Of a stretch of 64,000 nt of DNA, positions 23,571-34,084 are shown one piece after another. The notes under the pieces were generated by a model. It made no database searches and had not been told where the DNA came from. It was given only the letters and a program-made list of their open reading frames with translations. Position 1 is the first letter of the stretch. The number at the start of each line of letters is the position of its first letter. The stretch spans positions 1 to 64,000 of the IMG/VR virus record IMGVR_UViG_3300037484_000435; one strand, written 5' to 3'. The DNA is from a virus. Taxonomy: Duplodnaviria > Caudoviricetes. The translations under genes were made by a program, and so were the position numbers.

Positions 23571-24080
23571 ATGACTGATAAACCTTGTATTGGTTTATTT
23601 GGTACGTGCGGGGGGTCTAAATGGAGAGACCCTTTCATGGTTGCCTACGATAAAATTGGTATTGAATATTTCAATCCGCAAGTTGACAACTGGGACCCCT
23701 CATTGGCAGAGATAGAAGCACAACATCTAGCTAATGATGAGGTGATTCTGTTCCCTGTAACAAACGAGACCTACGCAACAGGAAGTTTAGCGGAGGTGGG
23801 ATTTAGTATTCTGAATGCAATTAGTCTTGATGACCGACGTGATTTTGTTATCTTGATAGACCCTACTCTGGATGAATCTCTAAAAGAAAACGCTGTCGCT
23901 TACAAGGACTCTGTAAGGGCTCGGGCCCTAGTCAAGCAACATCTTATAAAACTCAGGCTGAGTAACCTTTACCTAGTTGATACCTTGGAAGAAATGTTGG
24001 CCGTATCTATCGCTCTCTACGAGGCAGCTGTGATTCGGAAACGTTTCGAAAGATATAACCCGCATAGGAGAACAGGTTAA
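23571..24080 (+). CDS. Nucleoside 2-deoxyribosyltransferase-like protein
   Basis: IGLFGTCG.S.WR, FNPQVDNW, ILFPVT.ET...GSL.E.G. Confidence 0.65.
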   Translation: MTDKPCIGLFGTCGGSKWRDPFMVAYDKIGIEYFNPQVDNWDPSLAEIEAQHLANDEVILFPVTNETYATGSLAEVGFSILNAISLDDRRDFVILIDPTLDESLKENAVAYKDSVRARALVKQHLIKLRLSNLYLVDTLEEMLAVSIALYEAAVIRKRFERYNPHRRTG

Positions 24081-24566
24081 TGGATTTTTACCAGACACTC
24101 GCATCACAAATATTTGAGGTACCAGAAGACCAAGTAACACCTCAGCAAAGACAGAAAGTAAAACATGGTTTATTTCTTACCATGTACGAAGGGAAGAGAA
24201 GGGGGCAAGAATTTCTCGACAAGATTCTTGGCCAATTCATTAGTGACTCAAAACACTATATTGGTATAAGGAAAGGGCCTTCCAGTGACACTCTCTAAAA
24301 GGAACCTCGTACAGTATCAATGCAGTCGGTGCTACAAAACATTTGAAAGGGCTGACGGCGTGGAAGAAACAGAATGTCCCTACTGTAAACCAATGGTTTA
24401 CGACCAAGCTTCTCATGCAGACATCATTGAGGGTGTGGATGATAGGGTGCACCAAGTCATTCAAGATATTGTGGATTACGCTTGGAACCGACTTGATAGT
24501 CTGAAAGACGAACTGCATGACGAGATACGTAGTGCTTTGATGGGCCATAAAAAAGAGTAAGTAAAA

Positions 24567-24643
24567 GGTTCCTTAGCTTAAGTGGGCAGAGCACTTTCCT
24601 CATAAGAAAGGGGGTCTAGGATCGTGGCCTAGAGGAACCACAA
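24567..24643 (+). tRNA. tRNA with CAT anticodon (Met or Ile2), atypical T-loop
   Basis: Acceptor GGTTCCT/AGGAACC, CTTTC-CTCATAA-GAAAG, T-arm CTAGG-ATCGTGG-CCTAG. Confidence 0.8.
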
Positions 24644-24651
24644 AAACCAAC

Positions 24652-24711
24652 ACCCCGATGACTTGAAATTAACTTTTCTTTTACCTAAGATAAATTCAAG
24701 TCTTGGGGGGT
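24652..24711 (+). promoter_or_regulatory. RBS-sequestering hairpin upstream of HNH gene 2
   Basis: GACTTGAA (24660-24667)/TTCAAGTC (24695-24702) extended by ACCCC/GGGGGGT; ATG at 24716. Confidence 0.6.
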
Positions 24712-24715
24712 CACC

Positions 24716-25405
24716 ATGGGATTTAATGAAGCAGGTAGTAGGGCTGGGAAGAAAAGAAGGGCAGATGCTATTGCTGATTATAACAAAAAACCAAACATCT
24801 GTCTGCAATGTGGTAGACCTATTCAGGTAATTGGTAAACAGACAGTTCATCAAGTTCGACAAAAAAAGTTTTGTGGGCAATCTTGTTCAGCCTCTTATAG
24901 TAATAATAATTCAGTGATAAGACGAGTAGAGTCCGAGGGTTTGTGTGAGCGTTGCCACAAAACAATTGTATATAAAAAAAGTGTCTCAAATGGGGGTTAT
25001 TTTAGAAGACGTTTCTGTTCTAAATGTCGCCTTGCCTGTTATAATGGTAATTTATTGGCGGATCTCACCTATGGCGAACTAAAAAAGGTATACGTTACTC
25101 GGAAAGGAAGTTACCGTTCTGTTATAGCAAGTAACGCGAGACATGTTTATAATCTATCTGAGCAGACAAAAGAGTGTAAGGTATGTGGTTACAAAATACT
25201 TTACCAAGTATGCCACATAAAAGATGTTAGTTTATTTTCTGACGATACCACAATTCGAGTAATAAATGACGTTAATAATCTCGTCGCCCTATGCCCTAAC
25301 CACCACGCAGAGTTCGACCGAGGATTATTAGACATAGCTCCATTTATTAATCAAGAACAGGTGTCATATTGGAACTCTATAAAAGGCACGAAACTGAAGG
25401 TATAG
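24716..25405 (+). CDS. Zn-finger HNH endonuclease, paralog 2 (tRNA-adjacent)
   Basis: YNKKPNICLQCG...KKFCGQSCSASYSN; CKVCGY...CHIKDV..F...NNLVALCPNHHAEFD. Confidence 0.85.
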   Translation: MGFNEAGSRAGKKRRADAIADYNKKPNICLQCGRPIQVIGKQTVHQVRQKKFCGQSCSASYSNNNSVIRRVESEGLCERCHKTIVYKKSVSNGGYFRRRFCSKCRLACYNGNLLADLTYGELKKVYVTRKGSYRSVIASNARHVYNLSEQTKECKVCGYKILYQVCHIKDVSLFSDDTTIRVINDVNNLVALCPNHHAEFDRGLLDIAPFINQEQVSYWNSIKGTKLKV

Positions 25406-26277
25406 TAGTTAAATTTTGGAGGAAGAGGAAGATAATTTCTCATGATACAAACCCGTTGGTGTAAATATTATATCGTGTGTTCTCACTGTAATGAGGACCC
25501 GCTGGCTATGCTTCTACGTAATGAAACTTGGCCAGAAGTTTGTGATAAGTGTGGACATCCTCGACACAACTACACTGTTGAAATGGTGGAGGGGTCTTGG
25601 CGGGAAGAGGGCTATCCCACAACAGAAATATGGAAAGCAGGGAGAAAATAATGCTTACAGCACGACTAGATTTATCAGAAGAAGCCGAAATCGTAATGGA
25701 CTTCTGTCGAAAGTCGCCCGCCATAAAGATACAAAAGATTACGGCAGGAATAGATATATTCTTGGGTAGTACAGTAGAGGGCGACCCAGACTGGATACTG
25801 TTTCCAAGAATGTTGTGTTCGCCAGAGTGTTTCAAAGAAATTTGTCAAGAGGGACTCCTCATCCACGCTGTAGAAAGATTGGTGACACATCATGAGTATG
25901 TCTACATTGTGGCTCGGGAAAAGGGGGTAACACATGCCTAGTATTGATTACAAAGAGGCTGAGAAACAAATACGAGATTACTTCGCCAATGTTACAGATG
26001 AGGAGTTCGAACAAGGACTTATAGATTCTGGTTTCTATAGCGAACGGACATGTGACCCAGAGACTTGTGCGGGCGAGTGTCAAGGTATGGGTTCTTGTCA
26101 GCGTTGCATTGACTTCAGGAATGAAGAGGGTATCCATCTTCCCACGCTAGATGAGATGTGTAAGATGGCGAAGGACCGAGAAGAATTTTTGAATGTAACT
26201 TACAAAGAAGGTGGATTTCGCCTAGACTCTCTAGGTGCGTTGCTTGATTTCATCTACGTGGAGGAGGGGAACATATA

Positions 26278-26709
26278 ATGTGGGTAGAAGTTGAACATAC
26301 TGCTGATATCGGATTGTTTGTACAGGGCAATACCTTGGAAGGCTTCTTCGCATACGCAGGTCTGGGTTTGGCACAGTTCTTAGGGGCACAGTGCAATAAG
26401 TTTACAGGCAAGGAATCCAGAAATGTTTACAACTATCACCGCTTTGCTGATAGCCCCGAGGAAGCCTTAGTAAGATTCCTACAAGAAATACTGTTCCTTA
26501 AGGAAACAGAAAACTTTAATCTGGTATGGCCTCAAGTTTCCGTACCTCAGTGGGACGTAGTTCGTAGTAACTATGAAGTTTATGTCCGCCTTCATGGGTA
26601 CATAGGAGACACTGAGGGAGAAGTTATTAAGGCAGTAACATACCATGATTTAAAAATATTGAGTGGAGGAGATTCAGCTTATGAGGCTACAATCATTTTT
26701 GATGTCTAG
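26278..26709 (+). CDS. Archease (RtcB/tRNA-ligase cofactor family)
   Basis: EHTADIG at the N-terminus; IKAVTYHDL and terminal IIFDV, the canonical archease ends. Confidence 0.92.
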   Translation: MWVEVEHTADIGLFVQGNTLEGFFAYAGLGLAQFLGAQCNKFTGKESRNVYNYHRFADSPEEALVRFLQEILFLKETENFNLVWPQVSVPQWDVVRSNYEVYVRLHGYIGDTEGEVIKAVTYHDLKILSGGDSAYEATIIFDV

Positions 26710-27064
26710 GGTATCACATATAGCACGTGCATACCAGACTTGGGATACTTATCAACTTGGGCCCATATTCTACATAGGAGTTGTTATCACCCTCTTATGG
26801 ATGTTTGGATGCTTTATTGGTGGATTCCTACTGTTCCCTTCTGCGTTACCTATGTTCTTGTTACCTGTGGGTATGCTAATCTACCCTATGTTTATGTTTA
26901 TAGATGACTATGTCACGGGCAGAAGACGTAAGGAGGAAGAGAAACTCACAAAGACTTATTTTGGTTACCGCCAAGCGATTGATAGTCTGAGGCAAGACCT
27001 AGGGCTAACAGGAATCTATAAGGAATATGAACCGAGAGGAACTTGTAAACATCCCCACGCATAA
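26702..27064 (+). CDS. Membrane protein whose 3' end is supplied by the IS left end (probably interrupted)
   Basis: Two hydrophobic segments; the last codons and stop (CKHPHA*) are read from the IS end starting at 27045. Confidence 0.55.
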   Translation: MSRVSHIARAYQTWDTYQLGPIFYIGVVITLLWMFGCFIGGFLLFPSALPMFLLPVGMLIYPMFMFIDDYVTGRRRKEEEKLTKTYFGYRQAIDSLRQDLGLTGIYKEYEPRGTCKHPHA

Positions 27065-27256
27065 ATGCGGGGGCTTTAAAAGAGCCCATACTTACTAGAC
27101 TCAGTCTCGAAAGAGACTACGTTGGATTTGTCAGAACACCTTGGAACATTCCGCACATTCCAAGCTCTGTTGTCCAGTATTAAAAGTCTTTTGAGGGAAG
27201 AGACGGTGTGCTGGATGTAAAAAGCTTTTCCAACATTGTCGATGCGGTCAAAACTC
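27045..27256 (+). ncRNA. omegaRNA (HEARO-like) scaffold of IscB
   Basis: Structured leader with ACTAGACTCAG..., CTACGTT, ACACC..GGA, TCCAAGCTCT, AACATTGTCGATG segments between the left end and iscB. Confidence 0.75.
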
Positions 27257-28483
27257 ATGGGAGAACGAAACTTGAGAGTATTCGTTAAAAATCAAAAAGG
27301 CGAACCGTTGATGCCTACTACTCCTCGAAAAGCAAGGTTGCTTCTTAGGGAGGATAAGGCACGCGTTGTTAAACGAACCCCATTTACTATTCAACTTACA
27401 GTTGCTACAGGCGAGACTAAACAGCCTATAACTTTAGGCGTAGACAGTGGCTTCACTCATATTGGTCTATCAACAATCTCTGAGAAGGCTGAGTTGTTTG
27501 CTGCCGACGTTTTTCTCAGGACTGATATGGTGAAACTTAACTCTGAACGAGCAATGTACAGACGGACAAGGCGTGGTCGTAAGACCAGATATCGTAAACC
27601 TAGATTCTTAAATAGAGTAAAAGGTAGGGGTTGGTTAGCTCCCAGCATTCAGCATAAACTTGATTCTCACAAGAAACTGATTGAGGTGGTAAAGGGAATT
27701 TTGCCTATCTCTAAAGTGATTATTGAAGTAGCAGCCTTTGATATCCAGAAGATCAAGAATCCTGAAATCTTTGGTACAGACTATCAGAATGGGGAACAAA
27801 CCGGTTTCTGGAACACCAGGGAATATGTCTTGTATAGAGATGGTCATAAATGTCAAGCTCCAGGATGTGACCACAAGGACAAGATATTGAACGTTCACCA
27901 CATAATAAGTAGACAAGTGGGTGGAGATAGACCAGACAACTTGATTACTCTAGACGAATCTTGCCATAAAAAACACCATAAGAAGCCTTGGGACTTCAAG
28001 AACAAGAAATCTAATGGATTCAAGGCCGAAACTTTTATGTCTATGATCAGGTGGAGATTGACAGAAGAGACAGGAGCAGCACACACTTTTGGTTATATAA
28101 CGAAGTCAGGTAGGATTGCTCTAGGTTTAGACAAAAGTCACGTCAACGATGCCTTCGTCATAGCAGGCGGAGAAAATCAAGAGCGAAGTAATTCTTGTGT
28201 AATTAAACAAGTTAGGAAATGTAATCGCAAGTTGTACAAGGGAGCCAGAAGCCACGTCAAGAACACTGCTCCTAGAGAAATACTAGGCTTTAGGCGATTT
28301 GATAAAGTGATGTGGGAAGGTACAGAAGCCATTATCTTTGGTAGAAGATCGACAGGAAACTTCGACATTAGAGATATCAATGGACAGAGTCTTCATAAAT
28401 CTATTCATGCCAGAAATCTTAGGTTACTGGAGAGAGCCAACACTTTGTTAGTTTCCAGTGCCCCACTTCCTACCCAGCACTAA
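27257..28483 (+). CDS. iscB: IscB RNA-guided endonuclease
   Basis: PLMP motif, RuvC-I LGVDSG, Arg-rich bridge helix RTRRGRKTRYRKPRF, RuvC-II IIE, HNH (HHIISR...NLITL..SCH), RuvC-III SHVNDA; start may be TTG at 27272. Confidence 0.95.
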   Translation: MGERNLRVFVKNQKGEPLMPTTPRKARLLLREDKARVVKRTPFTIQLTVATGETKQPITLGVDSGFTHIGLSTISEKAELFAADVFLRTDMVKLNSERAMYRRTRRGRKTRYRKPRFLNRVKGRGWLAPSIQHKLDSHKKLIEVVKGILPISKVIIEVAAFDIQKIKNPEIFGTDYQNGEQTGFWNTREYVLYRDGHKCQAPGCDHKDKILNVHHIISRQVGGDRPDNLITLDESCHKKHHKKPWDFKNKKSNGFKAETFMSMIRWRLTEETGAAHTFGYITKSGRIALGLDKSHVNDAFVIAGGENQERSNSCVIKQVRKCNRKLYKGARSHVKNTAPREILGFRRFDKVMWEGTEAIIFGRRSTGNFDIRDINGQSLHKSIHARNLRLLERANTLLVSSAPLPTQH

Positions 28484-28511
28484 AGTGCGGGGTATCCATG
28501 AGGAATATTTG

Positions 28512-28775
28512 ATGACAGACAAAGTTACTGAAATATTGTGTCTGATGAAGACCCTTTGGGACCTGACCAAAGAACAATACATTGGTTTGCAAGAGATACA
28601 GCATGGCGGGGGTAAAATTACGCAAGAAGAACTAGACAACAAGTTTGCCAATTTCTTCAGTTCACACGTAGTGGACACATCAGTAGGTGGAAACCTAAGC
28701 CCTTTGTTCCACTGGCCCGACCAGGATTTGATAGAGGAACTAAAAGAGCAGATTGAGAAAGAGACAGCAAAATGA
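28512..28775 (+). CDS. Hypothetical protein (possibly the 3' half of the gene interrupted by the IscB element)
   Basis: In frame with 26702-27044 when the element is removed. Confidence 0.45.
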   Translation: MTDKVTEILCLMKTLWDLTKEQYIGLQEIQHGGGKITQEELDNKFANFFSSHVVDTSVGGNLSPLFHWPDQDLIEELKEQIEKETAK

Positions 28776-28978
28776 CCACAAAGGTCACCACATGAGGTAC
28801 CTTTACATAATCGCAATGTGCTTAGCCCCATGGATAGTAGGAACAACTGCACTCTTTTGGTACTACCATGGAGTTGCATATACATTAGACGGCGTACTGT
28901 TGGGGTCAATAGCAGGGGTATTTTCCTTAGGGCCTACCGTTACACTATTTGAACCTCTTTTTGATTGGTTAACAAAAG

Positions 28979-29464
28979 ATGAGACTATGGAGCATACATC
29001 CTGATTACCTTGACCGCATGGGCTTGTTAGGCCTGTGGAGAGAAGCTCTTTTGGCACAACAAGTCCTGCACGGTGAGGCGGAAGGTTATAAGAATCATTC
29101 CCACATGCAACGCTTCTATGCTCTACCTAGAGAAGACGCGATGCAGTATATGTCCGACTACCTGTTCTATATATGGCAAGAAGGACAACTACGCGGGTAC
29201 AAAATGAATGTTGAGAATATAAAAGACCCCAGAAATGAACGGCCTATTCTCACAACACCTAACCAATTATTTACAGTAACAAGTGGACAGTTAGCATTGG
29301 AGTATCAGATACTCCGTGCAAAGACTCGGGAGAGAAACATTAAACACTTCACCGAGTTAGATACAAAATTTCCGTCGCACCTTTTGTGGGTGCCAAAACC
29401 GAATCCTGTGTTCACTTTGGTACACGGGAGGAAGGAAGAGTGGGAGAAGTTTAAACTGGAATGA
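28979..29464 (+). CDS. Pyrimidine dimer DNA glycosylase/endonuclease V family protein
   Basis: MRLWSIHP.YLD..GL..LWRE.LLAQ.VL.G...GYKNH. Confidence 0.8.
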   Translation: MRLWSIHPDYLDRMGLLGLWREALLAQQVLHGEAEGYKNHSHMQRFYALPREDAMQYMSDYLFYIWQEGQLRGYKMNVENIKDPRNERPILTTPNQLFTVTSGQLALEYQILRAKTRERNIKHFTELDTKFPSHLLWVPKPNPVFTLVHGRKEEWEKFKLE

Positions 29465-30441
29465 AAAAAGAATTTGATTTTTATGATGATATTTTGGTAC
29501 CTTTTACAAAGAAGTTACCTTGTTTTAAGTGGCTAGTTAAGGGTGGAGTTTTTGGTTGGGCTTGGTGGTATGCTTTATCTCACCCTTGGAAAATAGGTGG
29601 GGAGGTCTGGGATCGTATTGTCTATGCTTATCAACGTGTCATGAAAGGCTATGATAAACCCGCGACCTACGGATCATGTCACCACTTTGCGGAACAAATA
29701 CCAGCGATAATTAAAGAGTTGAAAGCGTGGGGTAATAGTTGTCCCTGTGGAGACTCATTTCTAGGAAGCCACGCCGTAATGGATGGGGAGATTGTTACTG
29801 AGGAGCACGCTGGGTTTAAAAAGTGGCATGAGATTTTAGATGAAATCATAGCAGGATTTGAGGCCGCACAACGTTTGCTCGGCCATGAAAGTCCAGTGTG
29901 GAGCGAGTTGCATAACGAGTGGGAGAAACGATTCCCCGAGGTTGAGCCACATTACTTTGACTATGAAAACGCTACGGAGACAGGCATACCTTGGGAAACT
30001 CTTCCCGAATATGACGCCCTCATAAAAGAAATTAATTTATGGGAACGCGACAAGCAGTGGAGGAACGACCAATTAAAGGTTTTCCACCGAGGTATGTTGT
30101 TGTTTCATCAACACTTTTTTGAGTTATGGGACTGACACAGGAGTTTATAATGTTGGAAAAATGGGATACAAAAATTATTCCTGCTATCATTGATGGACTA
30201 TGGGAAAGGAGAGAGATGTTGGAGAAAGAAATTTCCACAGATTTCTCCTATTATCTTTGGAACTTGGGGGACCCACAAGAACGACCTGTTCCACAAGAAA
30301 TTCTTCTTAATTTTGGTATATCCATTGGGAGGTTGATGGAATTAGACTCTGCACTTTACGAGTTAGACCCTAGATTTCCAATAAGAAATTTGGATGAAGT
30401 AAGGGCTAGCCTCTATTCCAGATTACCATGAGGAGATTCAA

Positions 30442-30726
30442 ATGACTTATCTAGAGAAACTTTTGAGGGCAAATACCGATCAAGAGAAAGTGAGTGAAAC
30501 CAGTCTGGCCGAACGGTCTAAGCTATACGTGGAATTGTCTGCGATACCAGATGACCTAGGCGGTGGATTCTATGTTACTATGCCCCCTTTAGGTAGGTGG
30601 TTCGCCCACACTGACGGTGAAACAATAGAGGAAACTCTTGTAAAATTAAATGAGTTTCTGCTGGAAATCATAGATGATGACGAATACAGAAATGAATTTA
30701 AGGAAGTCGGTATAATAATACCTTGA
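30442..30726 (+). CDS. HicB-like antitoxin-fold protein
   Basis: GGFYVTMPPLG...TDGETIEE.L..L.E pattern. Confidence 0.55.
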   Translation: MTYLEKLLRANTDQEKVSETSLAERSKLYVELSAIPDDLGGGFYVTMPPLGRWFAHTDGETIEETLVKLNEFLLEIIDDDEYRNEFKEVGIIIP

Positions 30727-31185
30727 AATATAAAACCTACACAAAGAACGTGCTACGTAGTTACAAAGGGATATTCATGCACCAGCTGATTGGTGACTTA
30801 GATGGTAACCAAATACCTGTGATGGTAATTCCTGCTAGGTTGATCGGCCCCCTCATCCTAGATTTTCTCGTGAGAAATCCAGCGGGGGATTTAGAAAGCT
30901 GGTTTGGCTATGTCTTATACACCTGTGTACCAGACGCTTCCGAAATGAGCGAACTGTATGAGGTGGAACACGGAGAGGACGCGGCGACAGACTGGATAGT
31001 TGATGTGTATGAAAAGATATTGCTGGTAAACCCAACTCTTGATTACAAGATGGTTGAGGCTTTCCAAGAACCTGTGAACGACGATAAAGTTGTACACATC
31101 AATTTCAGACATCGACGTAAAGCCACTACCCCTCTCTGGTAAAGAAATAACTTAGTTAATTACTCAGTACAGAGGTACCAAGAAA

Positions 31186-33840
31186 ATGGCAACACTTACA
31201 AATATTAAAACAAAGAGTATGTTTACAAAAAATACTGTGCCCGTTCCTTGGGTTTGGTTAATATTGTTGATTTTTGCCGTGTCAACAATCTTGGTATCTA
31301 GTTACGGTTACTACCGATTTGAAAAAAATAGAATTCGTATGCAACGATATGATGAGATAAGGGCGATTGCTGAACTTAAGTTAGATCAACTTACGCACTG
31401 GCGTCAAAGTCAACTAGAAGACGTGTCAACGATAGCGAAAGGGCCACTGTTCAAAAAAGCCGTAGACGAGTGGCTTGTGAACCCTAGTCGTGAGACTGCG
31501 TCCCCCGAGTTAACTGGGAGGTTAGTAATCTTGCGAGAAGAAATGCATTATACTGATGCCCTAATCACTGATTTAGAGGGTAAAATACTGCTATCTGCGA
31601 ATCCACAGCCCGAGGACCTTAATGAGGATGAGAAAGATACCATAAAGGAAGTCATTCAGAGTGGGTCCCCAAAATTAACCGGCATCTATCGCAATGCTAC
31701 CAACCAAATAGCTATAGCGACTGCGGCCCTGATATACAGCCCCAATAACCGACCTATTGCCGTAATTCTTTTAAGAAGTAATCCAGAACTTAATCTATAC
31801 CCCCTCATACACCAATGGCCGACTTCCAGTAAAACTGCTGAGACACTCTTAGTGCGCAGAGATGGGAACGATGCCCTCTACTTAAACGATCTGAGGCATA
31901 AATCTGGGACTGCCTTAACTTTACACCTGCCCCTCACTATGACCGATCTCCCAGCTGTCCAAGCAGTGTTGGGTAAGGAAGGAATATCTGAAGGAAAAGA
32001 TTACCGAGGTGTGAAAGTAATTGCTGACTTGAGGGCTGTTCCTAAGTCAACTTGGTACTTAATAACTAAAATGGATGAGTCTGAAGTTCTAAGGGAAGTA
32101 TACTACCACGGAATTGTTATCTTACTTTTTGCTTCTTTGTTTATCTTGTTAGCCACGTCAGTGGTAGGCTTTGTTTATAGAGGCCAACGTGTTCACGTAT
32201 ATTTAAAACTATACCAAGCAGAGCAAGATAAACGGGAGGCTGAAGAAACATCCAAAGCAATTCTATACAGCATAGGGGATGGAGTAATCACTACAAACAC
32301 CGAAGGACTAATTGTTCAAATGAACCCTGTGGCTGAGCATCTTACAGGTTGGACCGAACAAGAAGCCATAAGTAAACCCCTCAAAGAAGTGTTTGTCATA
32401 ATAGACCAGCAGACTAGACAATCTTGCATGAATCCTGTTCAGAAAGTTATAGAAAGCGGGCGGGTTGAGGGCCTCGCTAACTGCACCTTGTTGATAAGTC
32501 GTGATGGGACTGAGCGTATTCTAGCAGATAGCGGGGCCCCTATTTGGAACGACAATGGTGATATGTCAGGAGTAGTTCTAGTATTTAGAGATGTTTCTGA
32601 GAAGTCGAAAATTGAGGAGAAGTTTAGGAGTTCGGAAATTAGATACAGAAGGCTATTCGAGTGCGCGCAAGACGGGATCCTCATACTTGATTTTGATGAC
32701 GGAAAAATAATAGATGCAAACCCGTATCTAATAAAGATGCTGGGCTACTCCCATGAAGATTTCCTAGAAAAGTTTCTTTGGGAGGTCAGCCCATTCAAGG
32801 ACACCACACTGAACAAGGACGCTTTCTCAGAATTACAACAAAAGGGTTACGTCCGCTATGAAGATTTGCCGCTTGAAACCGGCGACGGGCGGTCCATAGA
32901 GGTGGAATTTGTTAGTAATTCTTACACAGTAAAGGGTGCCAGTTATATACAATGTAATATTCGGGACATAAGCGACCGCAAATTCGCGGAGCAGGCGTTA
33001 GCTGAAAGTAAAGACCAACAGAGCAAACAACAACTCGTTATACAAAAAACAGAAGATCGTATAAAGACACTAGAAATAGCCAAGACAAAAGACTTACTAG
33101 AATCATCCCGTCTTCTGAATTCTGGTATAGCCCACGAATTACGCTCACCTATGCAAGCTCTTCTAAATTGCTTTGAGTTAATCAAGGAAGAAACTTGTGT
33201 TGAATGCCCCGTAATTAATTGTGAAAAAAGACAGGAGTGTTTAGATAAAGCACAAAACATTATAGACTATGTAACAGACGGCATAGAACGATCAGAATAC
33301 TCTATTAAAGTATTAAATTCTTTAGCAGAGTACTCAAAAACCGCGAGTAATAGCGATCTGCACTCAATAGATGTAGTAGCTGAACTCAAAACAATTATGA
33401 AAGCCCTTATGTTTACAAATCAATTCAAGGGCTTGAGTGAGGAAGAGTTTTCTTTGGAATCCACAATAGGATGCAGAATTCTAATAAATAGGATTGATTT
33501 CACTCAACTGATAAGCAATTTATGCCGAAACTCATTGGAAGCTATTACGCCAAAGGAACCGCGTATAAAAATTGCAGTATACTTAGAATCCCCCAACATA
33601 AAGATTATAGTAACTGACAATGGGAAAGGAATAGACAAAACCTTGGGCGATAAGATATTTGAACCCTACTTTTCAACAAAAGAAAACCCAGAAGAATTTA
33701 ATCAGGGTTTGGGCTTGGCTATGGTTAGGGATATAACCTCCGCTTACGGCGGGAGTGTCAGGTATACAAGCGAACCGGGCCATACTGAGTTCACAGTTAC
33801 GTTCCCCTGTAGTTACGCGGAGACAATGAAATGTGTATAG
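31186..33840 (+). CDS. Membrane sensor histidine kinase (Cache-like periplasmic domain, two PAS domains, HisKA, HATPase)
   Basis: Two TM segments; ILYSIGDGVI, MNPVAE.LTGW, VLVFRD, YRRLFE.AQDGI; GIAHELRSPM H-box; DNGKG, FEPYFSTK, GLGL. Confidence 0.95.
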   Translation: MATLTNIKTKSMFTKNTVPVPWVWLILLIFAVSTILVSSYGYYRFEKNRIRMQRYDEIRAIAELKLDQLTHWRQSQLEDVSTIAKGPLFKKAVDEWLVNPSRETASPELTGRLVILREEMHYTDALITDLEGKILLSANPQPEDLNEDEKDTIKEVIQSGSPKLTGIYRNATNQIAIATAALIYSPNNRPIAVILLRSNPELNLYPLIHQWPTSSKTAETLLVRRDGNDALYLNDLRHKSGTALTLHLPLTMTDLPAVQAVLGKEGISEGKDYRGVKVIADLRAVPKSTWYLITKMDESEVLREVYYHGIVILLFASLFILLATSVVGFVYRGQRVHVYLKLYQAEQDKREAEETSKAILYSIGDGVITTNTEGLIVQMNPVAEHLTGWTEQEAISKPLKEVFVIIDQQTRQSCMNPVQKVIESGRVEGLANCTLLISRDGTERILADSGAPIWNDNGDMSGVVLVFRDVSEKSKIEEKFRSSEIRYRRLFECAQDGILILDFDDGKIIDANPYLIKMLGYSHEDFLEKFLWEVSPFKDTTLNKDAFSELQQKGYVRYEDLPLETGDGRSIEVEFVSNSYTVKGASYIQCNIRDISDRKFAEQALAESKDQQSKQQLVIQKTEDRIKTLEIAKTKDLLESSRLLNSGIAHELRSPMQALLNCFELIKEETCVECPVINCEKRQECLDKAQNIIDYVTDGIERSEYSIKVLNSLAEYSKTASNSDLHSIDVVAELKTIMKALMFTNQFKGLSEEEFSLESTIGCRILINRIDFTQLISNLCRNSLEAITPKEPRIKIAVYLESPNIKIIVTDNGKGIDKTLGDKIFEPYFSTKENPEEFNQGLGLAMVRDITSAYGGSVRYTSEPGHTEFTVTFPCSYAETMKCV

Positions 33841-34084
33841 ATATATGTGACGAGAATTGGAAAGAGCATGCTAGGAAAGGCTTCGAAGATGCTGACAATA
33901 ACTTTAGAGACTTGCGTTATGGCAACAGAGAACCAGACCCAGAAAACGAAACGGATAATGAAATGTATTGGAGAGGAAGACGGGATGGCTTTGGTAGTTT
34001 CATTTTTAAGAAAATCAAACCATCTAAGAAGTTTGCTCACACCAATACAGAAATAACATATCACCACCGAGAAGATTAACATTT

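Larger units (their letters stand above)
27045..28497 (+). mobile_element. IS200/IS605-family non-autonomous IscB (OMEGA) element
   Basis: Left end GTAAACATCCCCACGCATAAATGCGGGGGCTT and right end CTTCCTACCCAGCACTAAAGTGCGGGGTATCC have the typical subterminal hairpins; no tnpA in the window. Confidence 0.85.
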
